A stretch of DNA of 64,000 nt from a virus: positions 101,428 through 165,427 of the IMG/VR virus record IMGVR_UViG_3300026512_000003; one strand, 5' to 3'. Of this stretch, positions 59,155-64,000 are shown one piece after another. Numbering within the stretch: the stretch's first letter is position 1; every line of letters begins with the position of its first letter. Under the pieces are notes generated by a model that did no database searches, had not been told where the DNA came from, and worked only from the letters and a program-made list of their open reading frames with translations. Both the position numbers and the translations under genes were made by a program.

Positions 59155-60017
59155 ATCAGTTAGAAAAAACAGCAATATTAGAGTTGCTTGCCACAGGAGC
59201 TGCAGCACATGTAGCACAAAACATAGCAGCAAAAAGAACTTTGTTGAATAAAAAAGGTGGAGTAACTCTAGCTAGTAGATTTATTAAAGGTCAAACAAAC
59301 AAAAGAAATAGTTTTACAAGGGGATTGTCTAATGCAATCGTTCCTGAAAAAGCTATGCTTGCAGATGAATTACAACCTGTTGTGGGTTCTATTAAGACAA
59401 TGACAAGACCAGAAAGGGCAGTTGCTCAGCAAATAGGTCAAGGAAACATATCTAGAGCTGTTAATTCAAAAATATTCCGAGATAGCCCTGCACTAAATAG
59501 TATGCTTGGAAACGCACTTCCTGGAATGAATGTGAGTAGAGTACAAAATTACCTAAAAGCATTTCCTAAAAGAGCTCAGGCTTTTGATAATAACTTTAAG
59601 CAAAGCAAACTTGGTCAAGTATCTTCAGGCTTAACAGACGCTCTATCTAAACAGAAGCTTGACAATATTACAGTGGGTAATATGAACAAGATGGAAGCCT
59701 TAGGCGAGGGGGTAGGAAACTTTGCACTTCAGGTTGAGCCAGGTGCATTAGCAGTAAATAGTTTTAAAAGAGTAATAGGGAGTAAAAATGATGCTCCTCA
59801 AAGTGTATATGGAAAAATAAAAGGGTATGTAAAAGAACCTATAGAAAAGAAAATAGTACTAAATCCTGTGGAAAATGCATTTAATAACGGTTTGCAAGGT
59901 CAAGCAAATAATAGAATCAAGATGGGTACAAAAAGTTTGATTATGAATCCTGTAGCTGCGGCTGCTGAAGATCTTGCAAATAGCTCGGGTCTTATACTAG
60001 CGGGGCATAACAAATAG
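59151..60017 (+). CDS. Basic Ala/Gly/Asn-rich protein, MNQLEKTA| N-terminus
   Basis: EKTA at residues 5-8. Confidence 0.75.
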   Translation: MNQLEKTAILELLATGAAAHVAQNIAAKRTLLNKKGGVTLASRFIKGQTNKRNSFTRGLSNAIVPEKAMLADELQPVVGSIKTMTRPERAVAQQIGQGNISRAVNSKIFRDSPALNSMLGNALPGMNVSRVQNYLKAFPKRAQAFDNNFKQSKLGQVSSGLTDALSKQKLDNITVGNMNKMEALGEGVGNFALQVEPGALAVNSFKRVIGSKNDAPQSVYGKIKGYVKEPIEKKIVLNPVENAFNNGLQGQANNRIKMGTKSLIMNPVAAAAEDLANSSGLILAGHNK

Positions 60018-60040
60018 ACATAATTAGGAGAGTAGGAGAA

Positions 60041-60655
60041 ATGGAAGATAAAGATACAAGAGGCCTTGTTATAAGAGGAGAAAAGACGCAAAACATAGGG
60101 TTAAGAAAAGCTTTTCATAAGGCTCTTAAAGACCATGGTGCAACAGGAATAGCTATAAATAATCCCTACAACAATACAGTGAATGCGTTTGTTAAGGCTC
60201 CTAAAAGCACAAGAGAAAAAGTATATAATGCTGTAAAAGAGCATGTTAAGAGTAGTACAGGAAAAACAATTAAGATTTCTGAAAAAAAAGGTGAAAAGCT
60301 ACAGAGGACATCTGTCTCTAAACAGAAACTGATGGATGTCGCAAATCAGCAATTCCTACTATATTTAATGAAAAATCCTAGTAGTGATAGGTCAAGCTAT
60401 CCTCAACTAACTGTACATAAAGCAGAAAGTGATATGATGCCTAGATTTAATCTACGGAAAAAGAATGGAAGGTATATTGGAAGTCTTACAGAGCAAGGCA
60501 AAAGACAGCTATTAGGGAAAACTCCGCACTATGGTAAGTTTAGAGCAAGGAACCTAGAAACTTCAATGGAAAATGCTCTTAGCCGTATGCACCCTAAAGA
60601 TGCAAGCATTACAAGAGGCCTACTAGATAGGACGAATTCGGTAATTTTGGATTGA
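60041..60655 (+). CDS. Basic protein with acylphosphatase-like N-terminal domain
   Basis: VIRGEKTQNIGLR...LKDHGATGIAINN....VNAFV versus acylphosphatase V.G.VQGVGFR...L.G.V.N. Confidence 0.55.
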   Translation: MEDKDTRGLVIRGEKTQNIGLRKAFHKALKDHGATGIAINNPYNNTVNAFVKAPKSTREKVYNAVKEHVKSSTGKTIKISEKKGEKLQRTSVSKQKLMDVANQQFLLYLMKNPSSDRSSYPQLTVHKAESDMMPRFNLRKKNGRYIGSLTEQGKRQLLGKTPHYGKFRARNLETSMENALSRMHPKDASITRGLLDRTNSVILD

Positions 60656-60669
60656 CAGGGCATAAAAAT

Positions 60670-60698
60670 TAGACTTATTGTTCGAATTAGTGTATAAT
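60670..60698 (+). promoter_or_regulatory. Sigma70-type promoter of antirepressor cassette
   Basis: TAGACT-17 nt-TATAAT. Confidence 0.65.
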
Positions 60699-60940
60699 TC
60701 GTTTGCAGGTGGCATGAAGCACTATGTATAAACAAAAGTGCTTTGTGTCTCTATTTTAAATTTTCTCATAAAAAACAAAGAATAATAAAATCATTTCAGA
60801 GAGAGTAGAACAAAAGGTTTCCAAGCACCTGGCACAGCTACTCTCTCTGAAGTGTTTTATGTTGTGCCGAAGCTTGGAATCTCCGTACAACAACTCACAC
60901 TCAAAAGAAAAAACAAATCCTAAGATTCTGAAGAACGATA

Positions 60941-61594
60941 ATGGGTAATGCAATTGAACAAAATGCTCAGAATGACAAAAGAGTTGTAACATTAAAAGAA
61001 ATAGTTGATGTTATTAATATAGATAGAGCTAAGAGCAATGAAAGACCTCTTGAACACAGTAAGCAAATGAAAAAGGTTGAAGAGCTTATGAAACAGCCTA
61101 GTTTTGGGGCGGTCGCCAAAATGTCGACCGTGTACAACGAACAAGGTCAGAAGCTAGAAACATACTTTTTAACTAAGAAACAAGCAATGGCTGTTGGTGC
61201 AAAACTTGACAACAAAAGGTTGATGTTTGTGATAGATAAGCTTGAAGATCTCACAGCTGTAAAACAACTTACAGTGACAGAGCAAATTATACTTATTGCA
61301 CAAGGTCACACAGAGATTAATGAAAGAGTAGAACTAGTAGAGCAAAAGATGGATGACATTATTGCAAATAGAAAGATAGAGAACTGGCAACAGAAAGCTT
61401 TAACTGATGCAAAGAATGCAAAAGTGTACAGCTTAGCACAGGATGATAAAGAACTAGCTACAAAATTGCACCGAAAAGTATGGAGTCTATTTAAAAAGAA
61501 GTTCCACCTTCCTAGATACAATGAGTTGCCTGTTTCTAAATACGAAGAGGGCTTAGAATATATTAGCAATCTTACAATGGCTGACCTAGTATAA
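60941..61594 (+). CDS. Phage antirepressor-type regulator (Rha-like N-terminus, ORF6C-like C-terminus)
   Basis: EHSKQMKKVEEL...ETYFLTKKQAM; VWSLFKKKFHLPRYNELPVSKYEEGLEYI. Confidence 0.75.
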   Translation: MGNAIEQNAQNDKRVVTLKEIVDVINIDRAKSNERPLEHSKQMKKVEELMKQPSFGAVAKMSTVYNEQGQKLETYFLTKKQAMAVGAKLDNKRLMFVIDKLEDLTAVKQLTVTEQIILIAQGHTEINERVELVEQKMDDIIANRKIENWQQKALTDAKNAKVYSLAQDDKELATKLHRKVWSLFKKKFHLPRYNELPVSKYEEGLEYISNLTMADLV

Positions 61595-61617
61595 AAGGAA
61601 AAGAGAGGAGTAAAATT

Positions 61618-62163
61618 ATGACGGAACTGTGGTGTTCGTTTTTAGAAGAAGAAATAGATATAGGGCTTGATTGTCCTGAGTGCATCTACTATGAAGCAGA
61701 AGATCCAAGGAAAGAGTTATGGCTATGTAGAAGTGCACAACCTTTAGTAACAGGAGTAGATACTGTTAGTAGAGAAGACATAGTATCTTCTTATGTAGAT
61801 AGGGTACAGTCAGTATCAAAAAATATTGGTTGGAATGCAAGAGATATAGGTATTGATAGACTAGAGACAATCCTCAATACTATAAACAGCAATGTGGTTA
61901 AATTAATGAGAATTAATCCGGAAACAAATGGTGAAAACTACTTAGTGTCTGTAGTAGTGGCAATAGGTTCTCAATTATATAGAGTTGAAATGGATTTGGA
62001 GTCTAAGGTAGAGAGGTTGCGTGATGCTGTAATAAGTGTTGCTAAAGAAGATGGTGTCTATGTTGACCCTGTGTACTTTGAATATATAAGAGAGAATAGC
62101 AATATGAAACATGTGTTCGAAATTCCATTTAGAGGCGGGACTAAAAATGAGAAAAGTAGATAA
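61618..62163 (+). CDS. Hypothetical protein
   Basis: GAGGAG RBS; N-terminal Cys cluster. Confidence 0.75.
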   Translation: MTELWCSFLEEEIDIGLDCPECIYYEAEDPRKELWLCRSAQPLVTGVDTVSREDIVSSYVDRVQSVSKNIGWNARDIGIDRLETILNTINSNVVKLMRINPETNGENYLVSVVVAIGSQLYRVEMDLESKVERLRDAVISVAKEDGVYVDPVYFEYIRENSNMKHVFEIPFRGGTKNEKSR

Positions 62164-62187
62164 TTTATTTAAGTTAAAGGAGAAATA

Positions 62188-62784
62188 ATGACACCCAAAC
62201 AAGTGAGTAAGCATAGGGAAGCCATAAAATGGTTTTGTGATAATCCAGATAAAATGGTATGGAAAAAGGATCATAAAACCAATAATTGGTATTTATGTGA
62301 ACAACCTGCATTTGACTATAAAGACATTTATGTACAAAACGATGAGTACAGTGAATATCGGAGAGCACTAGCAGATGGTAAGACAATTCAATTTTATTAT
62401 GAAATACATAATGTAGAACCTAAAATAGAAGGTGAATGGAGGGATTGGAGTTCTTATGGGCAATGTTTTGAAAATACTATTAAGTATAGAATAAAACCAA
62501 AAGAACCTGAATTTAAAGTTGGTGATTGGGTAACGGATAAACAAGACATATGGCAGCATTATGCTTGTGCTGATTATGATGTGGAAGTAGCCTTATGGAA
62601 GCCACAAGTTGGAGAACTATGTGTATTCTGGTATGAAATAGACTCTTACTATATAGGGAGATATTCAAGCACAGTTAAATGTGATACCCATCCATATAAA
62701 GATGCTGTTGGGTATAGTGCATCAGGATGGGATAATATAGCCCCATTAGAATTTACAAAAACATTAAAAACATTAGAAGGATAA
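62188..62784 (+). CDS. WxPxxGE-family accessory protein
   Basis: YVQNDEY...ALADGK, KYRIKP, FKVGDWV, LWKPQVGELCVFW, IAPLEF. Confidence 0.8.
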   Translation: MTPKQVSKHREAIKWFCDNPDKMVWKKDHKTNNWYLCEQPAFDYKDIYVQNDEYSEYRRALADGKTIQFYYEIHNVEPKIEGEWRDWSSYGQCFENTIKYRIKPKEPEFKVGDWVTDKQDIWQHYACADYDVEVALWKPQVGELCVFWYEIDSYYIGRYSSTVKCDTHPYKDAVGYSASGWDNIAPLEFTKTLKTLEG

Positions 62785-62824
62785 ATAAAATGAAAAACAA
62801 TAGAAGGATAAATAAAATGAAAAA
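62774..62824 (+). repeat. 24-bp direct duplication of the stop/RBS/start junction
   Basis: tagaaggataaataaaatgaaaaa x2, 27-bp period. Confidence 0.9.
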
Positions 62825-63269
62825 ATACACAGTAGAATTAACAAAAGAACAGTTACAACAACTAGGAATTAAAGTAGAACCTGAATTCATATATCCATTA
62901 TTTAAAAGATGGAAAGATTCAGGAGAAGTTGTACTATTTACTGATATGACAGTGGGTATTACGGTATGGAACGGTAGTGAAGTTGAAAATGTAGGAAATG
63001 TTTCTGACACATTTATGAAACATACTGATAATAGATGGGAAGATGTGGCTTATGATCCTAAAAGAGATTTATGGGATGGACAGCCTATCGAATGTTGGGA
63101 TATTTGTTGCACTCATCAAAAAATTATTAAATTTTATGATGCTAAAAACAAATGTAGTTATTCCTATGATGGTAAAAGAAATGGTTATTCTTATAGCAAT
63201 TACAAAGCACTCTCATCAGATAGATATGATGAATGGACACTAGAAGCATATAAAACATTGGAGAAATAA
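62817..63269 (+). CDS. Hypothetical protein
   Basis: Two in-frame starts (62790 and 62817). Confidence 0.75.
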   Translation: MKKYTVELTKEQLQQLGIKVEPEFIYPLFKRWKDSGEVVLFTDMTVGITVWNGSEVENVGNVSDTFMKHTDNRWEDVAYDPKRDLWDGQPIECWDICCTHQKIIKFYDAKNKCSYSYDGKRNGYSYSNYKALSSDRYDEWTLEAYKTLEK

Positions 63270-63766
63270 TGACTAATGAAGAATTAATGAAAGAATTTAA
63301 AAGATGGATGGATGCAGGAAGACCTCAAGTATATGTAAGGACTATAAGTCATTTTAAAGATGATATATGGAAATCTATATCTAATCCTATATGGTCTTCA
63401 AATGAATACTATATAGTAAACGATGAACAAGCAGAACTACGCAAATTGCAAATAGAAAAACCAGATACTCAATTTCAGTGGTTTTATGAAGAAGAGCGCG
63501 AATGGCTCGATCTTGAATGTTCACCACTTTGGGATACATTAGTTAAATATAGAATCAAACCATCAAAATGGTATGAAGACCCAAATATGTATAATAAACC
63601 TTGTTGGTTTAGAAATGATGAAGATGAAGAATGGGAATTACATATTTTCAAAGGTTATGGTATAGATGAAAGTTATCATTTTATTAGTAGCACAAATGTT
63701 TGGAAATACGCTAAACCAGTTAAATCAGAAGATTTATATCAAAGAGAAAATTATGATATTATCTAA
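63269..63766 (+). CDS. Accessory protein sharing N-terminal module with 62188
   Basis: YIVNDEQAELRK...KYRIKP. Confidence 0.75.
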   Translation: MTNEELMKEFKRWMDAGRPQVYVRTISHFKDDIWKSISNPIWSSNEYYIVNDEQAELRKLQIEKPDTQFQWFYEEEREWLDLECSPLWDTLVKYRIKPSKWYEDPNMYNKPCWFRNDEDEEWELHIFKGYGIDESYHFISSTNVWKYAKPVKSEDLYQRENYDII

Positions 63767-63771
63767 AAAAG

Positions 63772-63787
63772 AGCTGAGTACTCAGCT
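63772..63787. terminator. Palindrome after last complete gene
   Basis: agctgagtactcagct. Confidence 0.4.
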
Positions 63788-64000
63788 TGTTAAAAACAAA
63801 AGGGTAGATAAGGAGCTGTTAGATGACTAGAGAAGAAGCAAAAGATTTTGAATTTTTTCAACACGACAGAGGGGACATAGAAAAACATATAGATAAAATC
63901 TATGACGACTTTGAGAAACAAACTTGCAATAATTGTAAATGGTACAACGAACCTATATGCGCAGCCTCTAAATGCGAAGATATTAATGAGCTAGGGCAGT

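Noticed and set aside
25432-63766. Diversity-generating retroelement behind the paralog family
   Set aside because: No reverse transcriptase and no near-identical TR/VR pair with adenine-specific differences seen.
1-64000. Genome-wide stop-codon reassignment (TAG or TGA)
   Set aside because: Long conserved genes are intact in code 11, and many genes end in TAG or TGA directly before the next RBS; only one in-frame TAG case was seen.

Overview
AT-rich, densely coding 64-kb segment of a large dsDNA bacteriophage (or phage-plasmid). SSB, DnaG, NrdA C-terminus, dimeric dUTPase and ThyX look Campylobacterota-like, so the host is probably in that phylum (inference). Layout: (1) 1-427, 3' end of an amidase. 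(2) 430-2590, a hairpin-rich region of tiny genes with a repeated pseudoknot-like element just after stop codons. (3) 3.1-23 kb, recombination, replication and nucleotide metabolism: SSAP, PD-(D/E)XK nuclease, lambda-O-like initiator with iterons, DnaB, inverted HU, NrdAB, DnaG, C5-MTase, SMC-like ATPase, SSB. (4) 23-50.6 kb, about 70 small co-oriented accessory genes, many strongly acidic, including an Apyc1-like MBL hydrolase, dUTPase, SEC-C protein, SLT, ThyX, LRAT-like protein and HNH. (5) 50.7-60.7 kb, a divergent block with solo GroES, a solo HsdS-like TRD, and unannotated proteins sharing a K-x-A(S/G) motif that looks like a protease-maturation signal for virion proteins. (6) An Rha/ORF6C antirepressor cassette with a two-state RNA leader, then a paralogous accessory family. 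No CRISPR array, tRNA, rRNA, integrase, DNA polymerase, terminase or recognisable major capsid gene was seen. All family calls are by-eye motif recognition; no searches were run.
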